From positions 119,104,001-119,168,000 of the forward strand of contig CM059432.1 of NCBI GenBank assembly GCA_030390025.1: a DNA stretch of 64,000 nucleotides, given 5' to 3'. Below, piece after piece: positions 23,481 through 36,855 of the stretch. Every line of letters starts with the position of its first letter. Position 1 is the first letter of the stretch. The notes below the pieces were generated by a model. The model saw only the letters and a program-made list of their open reading frames with translations, was not told where the DNA came from and did no database searches. Made by a program: the position numbers and the translations under genes. This DNA comes from Squalus acanthias (lineage: Eukaryota).

Positions 23481-26400
23481 GGCTGGAATTTTCCCTTCTG
23501 AGTCGGGTCGGGTCGGGTGCGTGTGGGCTGCATAGTGGGTCGGTACCGCGATGTCTTGATCAGCCCGCTCTTCAGAGCGACTTTAGTGTAATGGGCCCTA
23601 TTAAAACAGGCATGTGCGTTCCCCGGCCCTATTAAAGGGTGCTGGTCTGATGACATCATCAATGACTCATTTCCAGCGCCCAGCGCCTTGCACACACCTC
23701 ATTTGAAGGTTGGTAAAGGAGTGTGAAAGGAGCATTGGAAGTTATTGTGGAAAGTGAGAACTATTAATACCCAAAGGCAGAGGGCTGCACCCCGCTTTAC
23801 AGATGCCTCGCTGCATATTCTGGTAGAGGCAGTACGAGCACGCAGGGAGGTCCACTTCCCAGCAGATGGATGCAGGAGACCTCCCCAAGAAACCAAATCT
23901 GACTAACCACCCCTCACACTCACCCTCATCCTAATGCAATCATAGCAAGTAACACCACAGAAAGAGGCCATTTGGCATTGGTATCACACTCCCTCATAGT
24001 CACCCTCTACAGATTCCTTACACTCATTCCATCACTCTCACTCAAACTTCTCTTCTTTCCCTCCTTGCAGGAGAAGAGAGCCCACAACAATGGGGAGAGG
24101 GAGAGAACTGGAGGTGGCCCACCAATCTTCGTACACCTAACAGCAGGAGAGGAGGGGGCTCTGGAGATTTCGGGAGCTCGAGAGACGCTGGCAGTGGGAG
24201 ACGGAGAGAGGGGGACATCCCAGCAACCTGGTGACAGAATCACATCTCATACAGCCATACGGCATACAGCAGTCACCCATATGGTAACTGATGTCAACAG
24301 CCAGTGAAATGTCATCATGTGCATAATGGCAATGTTACCCATTCTTATTATAACATTTCTAATTCATCTCTTTACTCTCCCACAGCTCCATCAACTGCAC
24401 CCCCGCCCCCCACACCACACCCCACCCCCCCACCCCCACCACTGTCCAGCCGGAGGAGGAAGACGATTCCTCAGAGGAACCTGCAGCCACTGAGGGTGCA
24501 CCGTCAGCAGACCCAAGTGCACCCAGCACCAGCATAGATACACACTGTGGGTACTTTGTGTCATAGAGTAGAGTTTTCACCTGGTGACTCACAATTCACA
24601 AGTGAGCAAGAGCAGGTGGTGTTTGAGAGGGACAGCAGTGGTTCCCCTTTATCCACAGCACATGTTACTTCCTCAAAGAACTCCAATAAATTGGTTAAAC
24701 ATGATTTTTCTTTCACAAAACCATGTTGACTCTGCCTGATTACCGTCAACTTTTCTAAGTGCCCTGCTATAACGTCTTTAATAATAGCTTCTAACATCTT
24801 CCCTATGACCAATGTTAAGCTAACTGGCCTGTAGTTTCCTGCTTTCTGTCTCCCTCCCTTTTTGAATAAAAGAGTTACATTCGCTATTTTCCAATCTAAT
24901 GGAACCATCCCCGAATCTAGGGAATTTTGGAAAATTAAAACCAACGCATCAACTATCTCACTAGCCATTTCTTTTAAGACCCTAGGATGAAGTCCATCAG
25001 GACCCGGGGACTTGTCAGCCCGCAGCTCCAACAATTTGCTCAGTACCACTTCCCTGGTGATTGTAATTTTCTTGAGTTCCTCCCTCCCTTCCATTTCCTG
25101 ATTTACAGCTATTTCTGGGATGTTACTTGTATCCTCTATAGTGAAGACCGATGCAAAATACCGGTTCAATTCAACTGCCATCTCCTTATTTTCCATTATT
25201 AATTCTCCAGACTCACTTTCTATAGGACCAACGCTCACTTTGTTAACTCTTTTCTTTTTTAAATATCTATAGAAACTCTTACTATCTGTTTTTGTATTTC
25301 TAGCTAGCTTTCTCTCGTACTCTAATTTTTCTCTCCTTATTAATCTTTTAGTCATTCTTTGCTGTTTTTTATATTCTGTCCAATCTTCTGACCTGCCACC
25401 CATCTTTGCGCAATTATATGCTTTTTCTTTAAGTTTAATACTATCTTTAACTTTTTTAGTTTACCACAGATGGTGGGTCCTCCCCTTGGAATTTTTCTTT
25501 CTTGTTGGAATGTATATATTCTGTGTATTCTGAAATATCCCCTTAAATGTCTGCCACTGCAACTCTATTGACCTATCCCTTAACCTAGTTTGCCAGTTCA
25601 CTTTAGCTAGCTCTGCTTTCATGCCCTCTTAATTGCCCTTATTTAAGTTTAAAATACTAGTCTTGGACCCACTCTTCTCTCCCTCAGACTGAATGTAAAA
25701 TTCAAACATATTATGATCGCTGCTACCTAGGGGCGCCTTCACTATGAGGTCATTAATTAATCCTATCTCGTTGCACAATACCAGGTTGAGTATAGCCTGC
25801 TCTTTGGTTGGCTCCAGAACGTGCTGTTCTAAGAAACTATCCTGAAAACATTCTATGAACTCTTCATCTATGCTACCTTTGCCCATCTGATTTTTCCAGT
25901 CTATATGTAGATTAAAATCCCCCATGATTATTGCCATACCTTTCTGACAAGCTCCCATTATTTCTTCCTTTATATTCCATCCTACCATGTGGTTACTGTT
26001 AGGGGGCCTGTATACCACTCCCACAAGTGACTTCTTGCCTTTATCATTTCTCATCTCTACCCAAACCGCTTCTACATCCTGGTTTCCTGAACTTAGGTCA
26101 TCCCTCTCTATTGTGCTAATACCATCATTAATTAACAGAGCCACCCCTCCACCTTTTCCTAGCTTCCTGTCCTTCCTAAATGTCATGTACCCTTCAATAT
26201 TCAGGTTCCAATCTATGTCATCCTGCAGTCATGTTTAACCAATTTATTGGAGTTCTTTGAGGAAGTAACATGTGCTGTGGATAAAGGGGAACCGGTGGAT
26301 GTACTGTACCTAGATTTCCAGAAGGCATTTGATACGGTGCCACATCAAAGGTTATTGCGGAAAATAAAAGCTCATGGTGTAGGGGATAAAATATTGGCAT

Positions 26401-27960
26401 GGATAGAAGATTGGCTAGCTAACAGGAAACAGAGAGTAGGCATAAATGGGTCATTTTCTGGTTGGCAGGATGTAACAAGTGGTGTGCCACAGGGATCAGT
26501 GCTGGGGCCTCAACTTTTTACAATTTATATAAATGACTTGGACGAAGGGTCCAAAGGTATGGTTGCTAAATTTAATGACGACACAAAGATAGGTAGGAAA
26601 GTAAATTGTGAAGAGGACATAAGGAGGCTACAAAGGGATATAGATAGGTTAAGTGAGTGGGCAAAGACCTGGCAAATGGAGTATAATGTGAAATTGTCCA
26701 TTTTGGCAAGAAGAATAAAAAAGAAGCATATTATCTAAATGGTGAGAGATTGCAGAGCTCTGAGATGCAGAGGGATCTGGGTGTCCTAGTGCATGAATCA
26801 CAAAAGGTTAGTATGCAGGTACAGCAAGTAATTAGGAAAGCTAATAGAATGTTATCGTTTATTGCGAGGGGAATTGAATACAAAAGTACGGAGGTTATGC
26901 TTCAGTTATACAGGGCATTGGTGAGACCACATTTGGAGTACTGTGTACTGTATAGGTCTCTTTATTTAAGGAAGGATTTAAATTCGTTGGAAGCAGTTCA
27001 GAGAAGGTTTACTAGGCTAATACCTGGAATGAGCGGCTTGTCTTATGAGGAAAGGTTGGACAGGCTAGGCTTGTATCCGCTAGAGTTTAGAAGAGTAAGA
27101 GGTGACTTGATCGAAACATATAAGATCCTGAGGGGTCTTGACAGGGTGGATGTGGAGAGGATGTCTCTTGTGGGAGAATCTACAACTAGGGGTCACTGTT
27201 TAAAAATAAGGGGTCGCCCATTTAAGACAGAGATGAGTAGAAATTGTTTCTCACAAAGGGTCGTGAGTCTTTGGAACTCTCTTCCTCAGAGGGTGGTGGA
27301 AGCAGAGTCTTTGAATATTTTTAAGGCAGAGGTAGATAGATTCTTGATAAGCAAGGGGGTGAAAGGTTATCGGGGTAGGCGGGAATGTGGAGTAATCAGA
27401 TCAGCCATGATCTTATTGAATGGCGGAGCAGGCTCGAGGGGCCGAGTGGCCTACTCCTGCTCCTAATTTGTATGTTCGTATGTTCGAGACTCCTCGCCAA
27501 AGGGTGCAGGACGCTCCCAGCTCTGCTCAGCTGCATGCAGACGCTGAGCCTTAGGGGCCATCCAGAAAGAGGGTGATCTTGGAGGGGCAGCAACAATTGC
27601 ATGAGGCTCCAGCATCTTTTGCAGCCATGATGTCTGCAAATGTTCAGAGAATGGAGGAGTCCATCTTCAACATGAGTATCACCATGTCGTAGGCGATGGC
27701 GACGATGTGCTGCTCCATGGAAAGGATGGCCATCTACATGGAGCAGCAAATGTGCCAGTCACATGCGCACATGCTAGCTGTGGACAACAGATGGCAGACG
27801 CTCATAGACCTTCTCTCAAGGAGGGATATAAACATAGACTCGCCCCACTGCTGTGCAGCAAGGTGCTCCGCCCAACGTCACCTTGTCCATCAATGTTTCG
27901 CTGCATAGGTCAGCACAGCCAATGCCTTCACCTCCATCCCCACTTACGTCTTAGCCGCAC
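23481..27960 (+). mobile_element. Harbinger-type element with decayed Myb/SANT gene (exons ~23760-23890, 24071-24230, 24385 onward), interrupted by inverted CR1
   Basis: AT|GGCTGGAATTTT terminus; AAPRFTDASL; ttgcag|EKRAHNNGERERTGGG; exon 3 resumes at 27487; right end unclear. Confidence 0.75.
24640..27486. mobile_element. CR1 LINE with 5' inversion: minus arm 24640-26234 (endonuclease to RT start), plus arm 26229-27486 (RT to tail)
   Basis: ORFs 25629-26186 and 24561-25403 (-), 26247-26738 and 26750-27466 (+); 65-bp inverted duplicate at 24640-24704 and 26229-26293. Confidence 0.92.
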
Positions 27961-28362
27961 GTGATTTGAAAACCATTTTGTTGGTAAGTCGTGCACAGTG
28001 TGAGCCCAAATATCTAGTAAGTGCTATATTGGGGGAGAATTGCTGCTGGGAAGTGTGGAAACAGGTTCAGTACAGAAAGGCAGGTAAATGTTAATCCACT
28101 GATGCCATCGAGTGGCTAGTTTTACTATTACAGTATAGTTTGAAACTCAAGATGACAGTAGCCCATGGTGAAGCTAAATATTTTGGTTCAAAAAATTAAA
28201 CTGCATTTTAAACTTCAGACATTTTTTAAATTATTATTTTAACTAATTATCCTAAATTAATTAGGTCACTTTACCAAAAATTACACTTGTATTTGTAACC
28301 CTCTGGTGAGATCCTCTATTTAAAATTATCACAGTGTTATATTGCAATTAATAAGACTTAAA

Positions 28363-29091
28363 GGGGGAAAAATTCGGTTGATTTGCGCCTCCCGTTAGTG
28401 CCCTAAGAGGGCGCAAAGCAACTAGCGCCCGGGTGCGGCACCGCTAGCGCCTCTCGTAAAATTCAGCGGGAGGTTAGCGGCGGCGGGAACCATTAGCGCC
28501 CCGCGGTGCTGTGCCTCCGGCGATGATATAATTGCCATTCGCAGCGCCCCGGCCGTGATCTTCGGCAGCGCCCCTTGACGTACCGCCGGACGCTATGTCC
28601 GACAGGGTCAAGGGGACCTACCTGTGGCTGGGGCAGTGCAAATTAAAGGGACGGTGCCGGGCGGCCATTTTTGTTGCTGACCTCCTGACAGCACCTGACC
28701 CCATTGCCGTCCCCGGCCTCCTGTGAAGCCCCCTCCCCCACCGTGGAGTGCTGGCTGCGCTCCGTGAGCCCGGCACTTCTCTTGAGTGCCGGGCTCTTTT
28801 GCTGGGCCGCAGGTCGTGCTGCGCTAGGCCCCTCCCCTTTAATAAGGGGAGGAAGGCCTGCAGTACTGCGGCACGATATGCCGCAGAGAGTGGCGCTGCT
28901 GCACGTAGTGCCGCGATATTCACTCACAGCACCCCAAGAGGGAGGGGGAGTGCTTCCAGTAGCACCCTGCCCCCCTCTTCCGGTGCTACCAGTGAATTTC
29001 GGGCGTGGGGGCGCTAACTTTTTCGGGGCGTTAAAAGTAGTGCCCCGGCGAAGTTAGCGCCCCAAAGGGGGCGCGATCCAATTTTGCCCCC
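28363..29091. mobile_element. GC-rich Harbinger-type MITE (729 bp)
   Basis: TIRs GGGGGAAAAATT / AATTTTGCCCCC; many TAGCGCC/GGCGCTA subterminal motifs. Confidence 0.8.
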
Positions 29092-30343
29092 TTAGGTTCA
29101 GGTTATAACACTGGGGCCGAGAAAGTTGGGGTTTTTGCGCTGGCTGTTCAGGCCTGTTTTGATGAAAAAATGGCGGCTGCCTCGCTTCCACCCGCTTCCA
29201 GCGGCTCCCGTGACGTGTCATTGCCCGCGCTCGCTGCAGATATTTAGATTAGCCAGATCATGACGTCAGTGAGTGTGCAACGCTCACTTGATGCCTGATC
29301 TGCCATTTACGCATTTGCCGCTATCCCTACTGGCCTGTGTTAATCACGACCAGCTGATCAAGCGTTGACAAGCAGGTAGGAGCCTCCAGCAGCGGTATTT
29401 AAAGGGATCATCAGCAAGAACTTGCAGCTGAAATGGTTTTTCAGTTTGACTGGCTCTGTGGAACTTTTTGCAACTCTTGCTGCCTTATAAACTTGTTTCA
29501 AGTTTCTGAGGTGACAAGGAGTGTTGGTGCAAGTGGAGAACACCTTCATTTTCATTGAAAGGCTTCTGCTCACAACACTTGCTCACAGTCATGGGGGCTC
29601 TACTTGCAGCCCCCTTGCATTCGAGTATCTTTGGGAGAGGGAGTGGTCAAGGTCAGTGAATGCATCTTCAAATGCCACATCCGACCAACTGCTCCACTAG
29701 CCTCAGCCACTGCTCAATGCACCACAACCCCATCACTCACCTACCAACAATCTCTATCAATCAGGACTCATACCTAACATTCATATGCTTTACCTCACCC
29801 TCACACACTTAGCACTGTTGCAACCCTCACACCCACAACTCACATCTTGCACACACTGCCAGCTATTCAACCAGGACAACCACATCACCTAAACAGATTG
29901 CATCATACTCACTGACACACTTCCCTCTCTCTTGCAGGAGAAGGTGGCGCACAACCAGAGGCAGCAGAAATTAACTGGAAGGGGAGAGATGTGCCCGCAT
30001 GTTCTAACCCCCATGGAGGAGACAGTGCTGGCCATTACAGGAAGGGCCATGGCTGAGGCCATGGCCACCGGCGGGGCTGAATACATTGAAGATGAGGGTA
30101 TCCTCGTACCTAATCCTCCTTCTCTCATCCCAGTTCTCTCTCATCCCACAATCTCTTCTGACTGAGAAGCTGCTGCTGATGTAAGCATGCACTCCTTACT
30201 TTCTCCTCTCCCCTCATCACAACCCAACCCTTGTCCCTTTCTCCTTTCGGAAACCCAAGAACTGCAACCTGCCCAGGCAGTGGAGGCAGAGCAAGATGAA
30301 AGTGAAGATGAAGACACACCATCGCTCAATTTCACAGCCACAG

Positions 30344-31976
30344 TGTAGGGGGTGGTGTTTTGTGTCAGCTTCACCTCTGACTTCTGAGCGGTTCGAATCG
30401 CTCCCGCTCCCTTGGTTCTAGACCTTGGACTTATTTGGGGGGTTGTGACAAAAGGTGCCGCAGACAACTGAGTTTGGTGAAAAGAACTTCAATCTTTATT
30501 AAAAGGTAAGACACAAATAACAACACTCTTAATACTCTAAAGGTGGGGAACACTTCGGTACAAGCGAGGGAAATGACAGTAGAACAATACTTCACCCCTC
30601 CCAACCCCACTTTACTAGCTAAGTTAGGTTTTGAAGGACCAGGGATAATGCTCACCAATCCTTTGACAGTTGGGCTAAATTGCGGTTTTGGGGTTCGCTG
30701 TTTATGGCGGTTAGTGTCTGCCATACCCCATACGCGGTAGAGGACTTCACCTGCGTCTCTGGTCAGTCTTCGCGAGTCCGCTGATCCGGTAGGATGTCGT
30801 TTGGATTTATCTGGTGAGTACCCAATTTCTTTGGTTTAGCAGTAGGGTTTAGAGTCTTTGGGGAAAATCTTACCCAGGGGTAAGTCAGGAGTAGATTGTA
30901 GAGTGGAAACTTTGCGGTTCTTCGGGTTTTCTTCCCTTGAGTTGGTTTTTGTTGGTCGCGGTAGCCTGCTATTACCCGGTCCGTTGGGGGTAATATGCGG
31001 TTGTTGGTTTCTTGAGGCCTTTGGTTTCCGCGATGGTTTTAGGCCTTGTTTAGTGTGTCGGTTGACCTCGTGGAGCCGTCGGTGACTTGTTGCTGCTTGT
31101 TGCTCCGGGTGACTGTGTTGGGACCACTGTTGGAGGTCCGTCAAGGTGGTAGCTTCACGGGCTGGACTCAGGTGTGTCTGAGTGGTGAGCGATGCCGACT
31201 CGCTTCCAGCTCGGCTTGTCTTCTTCCTTTCTTCTTCTGATAACCACTGACCTTGAACTGCTTAACAGGCCTTCAATTATACGGAATTGAAGTGGCCTTA
31301 TCTACCCGCCAAATCTACTCATTTCATTGTCTGGTGTTGGCGGGCTCGTAAATCGGTAACGACTTACTAGTGTGTTAACTGGTCTTTTAACAGGCCTTCA
31401 ATCTCACCCATTGAACATGGCCTTATCTACCCGCCAAATCTGCTCAGTTCATTGTCTGATTTTGGCGGGCCTGTTACCAGTAACTGCTCTGTAAGTGTCA
31501 AATGGGTTTTGGGATGGTTTGCATCCTGTCGATCTCCTTGGCTGATCACTGGTGATTGATTTTGTGTTTTGGGTTTCTAGGCTGGACTCGGTCTTTTCTA
31601 TAGAATGGTCCTGAGTGACTTATATTATGCATGTTTCTGATGGGCCCTGTAATCGGTTTGATGGGGCCTGTTATTTTGGGTGGGACTGTCTTCTCCCAGG
31701 GTCTATTGTTCAAATGTTAATGTCTGCTGGGGCTTGAGTGGGGTCATCCTGGTTCCCCAGACAGTGCAATTAACTGCAATAACCAAAACTGCTTTTACAG
31801 AGGTTGTACCCACCTCCTTGTCCCTTTACAGGCCAGACATTGTTTTAAAATGCCAAAAGTTGGTTTCTGGTCTTAAATTCCTTAGGTTAGGCCCAAATGC
31901 ATTTTATCACCCTGAGGTAGTTCCAAAGTCATTTTTCCTTAGGTTTTGGGGATCTGCAAATTTTGGAAACCTTACA
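30344..31976 (-). mobile_element. Solo LTR (1633 bp)
   Basis: TGTA...TACA termini; perfect 4-bp TSD ACAG (30340-30343, 31977-31980); minus-strand TATAATT at 31281-31275 and AATAAA at 30500-30495. Confidence 0.88.
31262..31475. repeat. Two ~125-bp direct repeats in the LTR U3, each with an inverted CCCGCCAA..TTGGCGGG pair
   Basis: TTAACAGGCCTTCAAT..TGGCCTTATCTACCCGCCAAATCT at 31262 and 31387. Confidence 0.85.
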
Positions 31977-33366
31977 ACAGCCACCAGCTAAGATACTGAC
32001 ACTGCGCGTATTTTAGAGGATAGAGTAAAGGCGGGATCCGCATGTGGTGAGGCACCGGGCACAAGTGCGCTGCAGCCAGGGCGGGGGGTGGGTGGGAAAG
32101 GATAGCGCAGGTGCCAGCTCGCCAGAGGGTGAGGTCGCACACTAGTTCTGCTGCAGAGGACTCAGATGATGACTTCAATGGGCCAGGCTACAGAAGAAGG
32201 CTGATGGGTGTACACACCCAAATGCTTGGTGCACTGGAAAGTCTGCCAGAAAGCCTGCGCTCAATGTCAAGGAGCATGGAGGAGTCCGGCACTAACTTGG
32301 CGCAGGGCTTTGCACAGAGGTGGAACGGATGGCTACCTCCATCAACACACTTGTGGACCCAACCATGATGCAGCGTCTGTTGGCCGATGTCTCAGCTTCC
32401 ATTGCAACACAAGCAGCTTCCACCCAACGGTTTGAGTGCTGCAGTGGAAGCTCATACTCCTATCATGCAATTTCATCTTGCTGCCATTAAGGCTCAGACT
32501 GCTGCCACCATGGCTCTTTATACCAGTGTGCAAAGGGGCATCCAATGCTTCACAGCACTCCTGCAATCTGTTTTCCAACAGATCTGCCCCCTAAAGACCC
32601 TTTCGTGTATGGCCTCCTGCTGAGAATCCTTCTTCCCCTCCTCCTCCCTCTTCTAGCAACTTGTCCTGCTCTGCGTGTCCTTTCTTCATTCTCCCAGTCA
32701 TGCTCAATGTCAAGAGGAAGCCCTTCCAGGCCACCCATATCTGTAAGCCACTGGTTCGTGCACGAGCCTTTAAGTCACCAAACAATACTTCAGCACCAGC
32801 CAGACCACTCCCTGTAGATGATTGAAACTTTTAACAAGTATGGAAAAGCACTGAAAACATTTAGAATTGCAGCAACAGTCAGAATAAATAATCCAGCAAC
32901 TATCCTGTAAGTAGTTGATGATCCCTTTAAAAAGCGCTGGTGGGGGGTCCTTCGGGCTGTTGAACACATGTTCAGCTGTGGGAGGTTAAGAGAGAGCGTA
33001 GGCTGGATCGTTGAGCTCCAAAGTAGCAGCACTGGTGTCAAATTAGTGTTGCACACTGATTGACCTCATGATCTGCCTGCTCTGCATATTTCCGGTGGAT
33101 GTTAGGTGAGTGCGTGCTAACCCTTTTACCAATATGGCGTCGGGCGCACTTCGCGTCAGAAGTTCGCGCACGCCGTGGACGTCATTTTGGAACCTTAAGG
33201 GACCTTAACCCAAAAAAAGGGTGCTACCGAGCCCGATTTTGCCCTCATACAGTGCACGCCTGCACTACAAGTAATGTGGCTATTCTATATCTTTCTTTTG
33301 TCATTAGCACAAAATGAACGTGCAGAAGGCAATTCAAATGCAAAACTAAGTTTGTTGACTGATTAT

Positions 33367-33537
33367 GGTCTGGAAACTATTTTGGTGATAATAGTTTGAA
33401 GCATTCACATGACATTCCTCTGTGGTATTTTACCGCAGGTGTTAACCCGTTTAAATCAAATGGGCTATTGCTTCTGTTAAAATAATGGAACTATGTTAAA
33501 TATTCATCCGCTATTATCACAAAAGTAATTTCTGGCC
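33367..33537. mobile_element. Small decayed Harbinger-type MITE
   Basis: GGTCTGGAAACTA / TAATTTCTGGCC imperfect TIRs. Confidence 0.5.
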
Positions 33538-35799
33538 TTATAAATAAATAATGCTCATTGTGCAAGCATTGTTCTTGTTGATGTAGGAGATGATCAAATT
33601 AAGTAAAATTACAAACTACAATTTTGATGGGCTCCATAACTGTAAACTCTAATTTTACACATGGGCTCAGATTTTTCATTAAGAATAACGGTGAGGCTAA
33701 CAGCACTCACTGTTATCATGGAGTAAATTGGACAGCGACTCCCAGAGTATGCATATGCACAGTTTAACGCGGAAATCTGGAAGTTGCTGTCCGATTTGCC
33801 CTGCTCCTCCACGAGAGATTCGGCATTGAAATCCATGCAAGGGTGTGAAGTTGTTGTATTTACCCTCTAGTTACCCCCTAAACATGGCAGAAAAAGTTAG
33901 GGCTGGCGCATTCAGGTGTAAGTGCATTTTTAATGGCGTGTTTAGGCTTAATTACTGCCAAACAACCTCTCTGGCACTGAAAATGTAATTTTACAATTGC
34001 GAAGTCTCATTCCTTCAGAATTTAATTATTGTTGGAGATTTTAAAAATTAAAAATTAAAATAAGAACTTTTTTACTTTTTCTTTCTGTCTCTTTCATCTC
34101 TCTCTTAATCCCATCTGACTTTCTCTCTCTTTATTTTGCTTTCTGTACATAATTTTTACAATGGATTAAATATTCTCATTTGTACTTCCTGGTTTAGACT
34201 TTGCAGCCTCAATTTTAATTTTGTGACGCGGGGGGGAGGGGGTCCAATAGCGCGCAGGAAACCCGGAATTAAGTGTATGTGTCTGTCAGTGGCTTTTTAG
34301 CTCAGCTACTTCATTATAATTTTACTTCCGGGTTTACCATCCAATCAGCAGCAGCGGGCCTGATGTGGACCCGCATCTCCCGGCCTCAACTCCAGTATTT
34401 AAAGGGACACTCCTTCAATTTGCATGTTTGGAGTTTTTCGTTGGGAAGAAAAGAGAAGCAAGCGGCAGAATGGAGTCCAGATGGGCAAAGGCTGCGCCCC
34501 ATTTCACTGATGCCTCTCTGGGGGCTGTGAGGAGTTGGAGATAGATGATGTTCCCTACCAACGGGAGGAAGAAGCCCGTAGCGGAGATGAAGAAGGCGTG
34601 GTTGGAGGTAGCGGAGGTCAGCAGAATCCGTGCAGAAAGCGCTTTAATGACCGAAGCAGGTCAGGAAAGGTGAGTGCAGTGGCACATTCACCTACATCCT
34701 GCTGCGTATCACCCCAGCCCCTCACTTTGCCTTCTCAAGCCTACTCCAGCACATCATTCCTCACACCCACTTACCTTGCAGGTGCACCGATCCTTCTCTT
34801 TCTATGAATTTCCTCACATCCCCATCTATCCAACCACCACTGACACTCATCCTCAATCTTATGCAATGTCATGCCTCTCCCTCATGGTCACCCTCATCAC
34901 ATGCTCTCCATCCATCGGATGAACTCATGCCATTACTCTCACTCGTAGGTCTCTTCTCTAATTCATGTCTTTCATCTCCCATGAGGCCTTCACGCTTGCA
35001 GCAGGAGTCGGTGGACGTCGCTGACGATGATTCCTCAGAGGAGCTGAGTCCTTCTGAGGGTGCACCGTCACAGGACTCATTCTGACCCTGCACCAGCTCA
35101 GATACTCACACTTTGATGGGACCAGGAGGACAGAGAGTTGGGTTTTCGCTTGGTGGCTCACATTTCACAAGTGAGCAGGAGCAGATGGTGAGACAGGGAC
35201 AGCAGTGGAGAGTCCTCGACAGAGGGCACAGCCCTCTCCAAGCTCTGCTCAGCTGGACACAGATGCTGTACCTCGGGGGCCGTCGATGAAGAGGAGAATC
35301 ATTGAGTAGCAGCAGAGATTGTGCGATGTATTGACAAGCCTTCAAAGTGGACTCACCACGATTGCAGAGAGATTGGAGGAGTCCACCTCAAACATGAGGG
35401 GGTGATGTCACGGGCTACTGAGATTATGGGTTAGAAATATGACTCCGTAGCGCCCGATTTTTCGGAGCTACGGGTGCCATTTCATGAAGAAAATGGCATC
35501 TGTGCTGCACCGCACACTTCTGGTGCATGCCGTGCCAGACGCCAACTTCGTGAGGGCGGTAGGGCGGGCGTTAGGAGCGTGCACCGGAAGTATGTTGAGT
35601 GGACAGATCGTGACGTCAATTAGCGTGCAACACTGATTTGAAGCCAGCGCTGCCATTTTCATCCTCAACGCTGGAGTTAACGCCCTGTCTTAACCTCTCA
35701 CAGCTGAGTTGTTTAAAGTTGGTGAGGTGACTGTGCTGCAAGTGGAGAAGGCCTTGCTTTTGAATTCAAGGGTTCTGGTCAGACCACTTGCTCCCAGTC

Positions 35800-36855
35800 A
35801 TGGGTGCTGTAGTTGTCATCCCCCTTGGCCTGCAGCATGACAGGGAGATGGAGCAGAGGCAGCAAAGCTGCTCACAGAGGGAGGAGGAGGAGGGTGAGAA
35901 GGGCTCTCAGCAGGAGGCCTTACCCACCTAGGGTCTTCCGAGAGCAATTCTCTTACCTCAGCCTGAGCCAGGAGCAGTGTGTGAGGTGTCTGCGCTTTAC
36001 AAAGGAGGTGTTCACAGAACTCTGCCACCTCTTGCAACCAGACCTGCAGCCTCACTCCAGGGCAGGAACAGCACTACCAGTATCTGTGAAGGTGACCGTG
36101 GCCCTGAATTTCTTCGTGTCAGATCCTTCCAAGCTGGAGCAGGTGACATCGGTAACATTCCCCATTTCGCCGTCCACTGCTGCATAAGAGAGGTGGCAGA
36201 CGCTGTTTATGCCAGGAGAGGGGACTTCATTGCCTTCTCTCTGACCGTGCACGTGGCTTTGCCAGGATAGCAGGCTTCCCCATGGTGCAGGGTGCCATCG
36301 ACTGCATGCACGCGGCTTTGCGGGTGCCGCATTCAAATGCTGAGATGTACGGCAACCGCAAAGGTTACCACTTGCTGAAAGTGCAGTTGGTGTGTGACCA
36401 TGCTCAGCACATCATGATGGTGAATGCCTGGTAACCTGGAAGTAGTCATGATGCTTTTATTCTACGCCAGTCCGCTGTTCCCTTAGTCTTTGAGCCACCA
36501 TGACAAACCAAAGGGTGGCTACTGGGCGACAAGGGCTATCCGCTGACCACCTGGCTCATGACTCCACTGTGCAACCCACGTACATGTGGGCAAAATACAT
36601 ATAATGAGAGCCATGCTGCCACACAGAATCTGATTTTGGTGTATTAAACAATGTTTCCGCTGTCTGGACCGCTCTGAAGGAGACCTGCAGTACTCACCAG
36701 AGCGCATCTCAAGATTTGCTGTGGTCACAGCCTTGCCATCAGGCATACCAGCTGAGGAGGAGGAGGAAGCAGAAGAAGAGGAAATGGATGGGAGGATGCA
36801 CTCCAGACAGCCCCTTTCTGACTGTGATTGACTCATCCAACTGCGGTACCACTGA
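35800..36855 (+). pseudogene. Harbinger DDE transposase pseudogene, near complete
   Basis: Across frameshifts: [85 protein letters not shown]. Confidence 0.9.

Larger units (their letters stand above)
29113..33246. mobile_element. Rearranged Harbinger composite: transposase-type end, family B Myb exons (+, 29643-32585), family B transposase 5' end (-, 32586-32740) and terminus
   Basis: 29643-32585 is the reverse complement of part of 3600-4850; 32586-33000 is the reverse complement of 1290-1705. Confidence 0.75.

Noticed and set aside
28363..29091. CpG-island host promoter
   Set aside because: Bounded by TIRs and related to 41129-41848 and 19731-20402; it is a MITE
30386..30403. tRNA gene
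   Set aside because: Only a T-arm-like hairpin; no acceptor, D or anticodon arm and no clear A-box
30836..31144. Accessory protein ORF inside the LTR (likewise 54690-55029)
   Set aside because: Low-complexity ORFs with no counterpart between the two LTRs
35800..36855. Domesticated host HARBI1 gene (and NAIF1 for the Myb ORFs)
   Set aside because: Multiple stops and frameshifts, several copies in the window, and flanking TIRs
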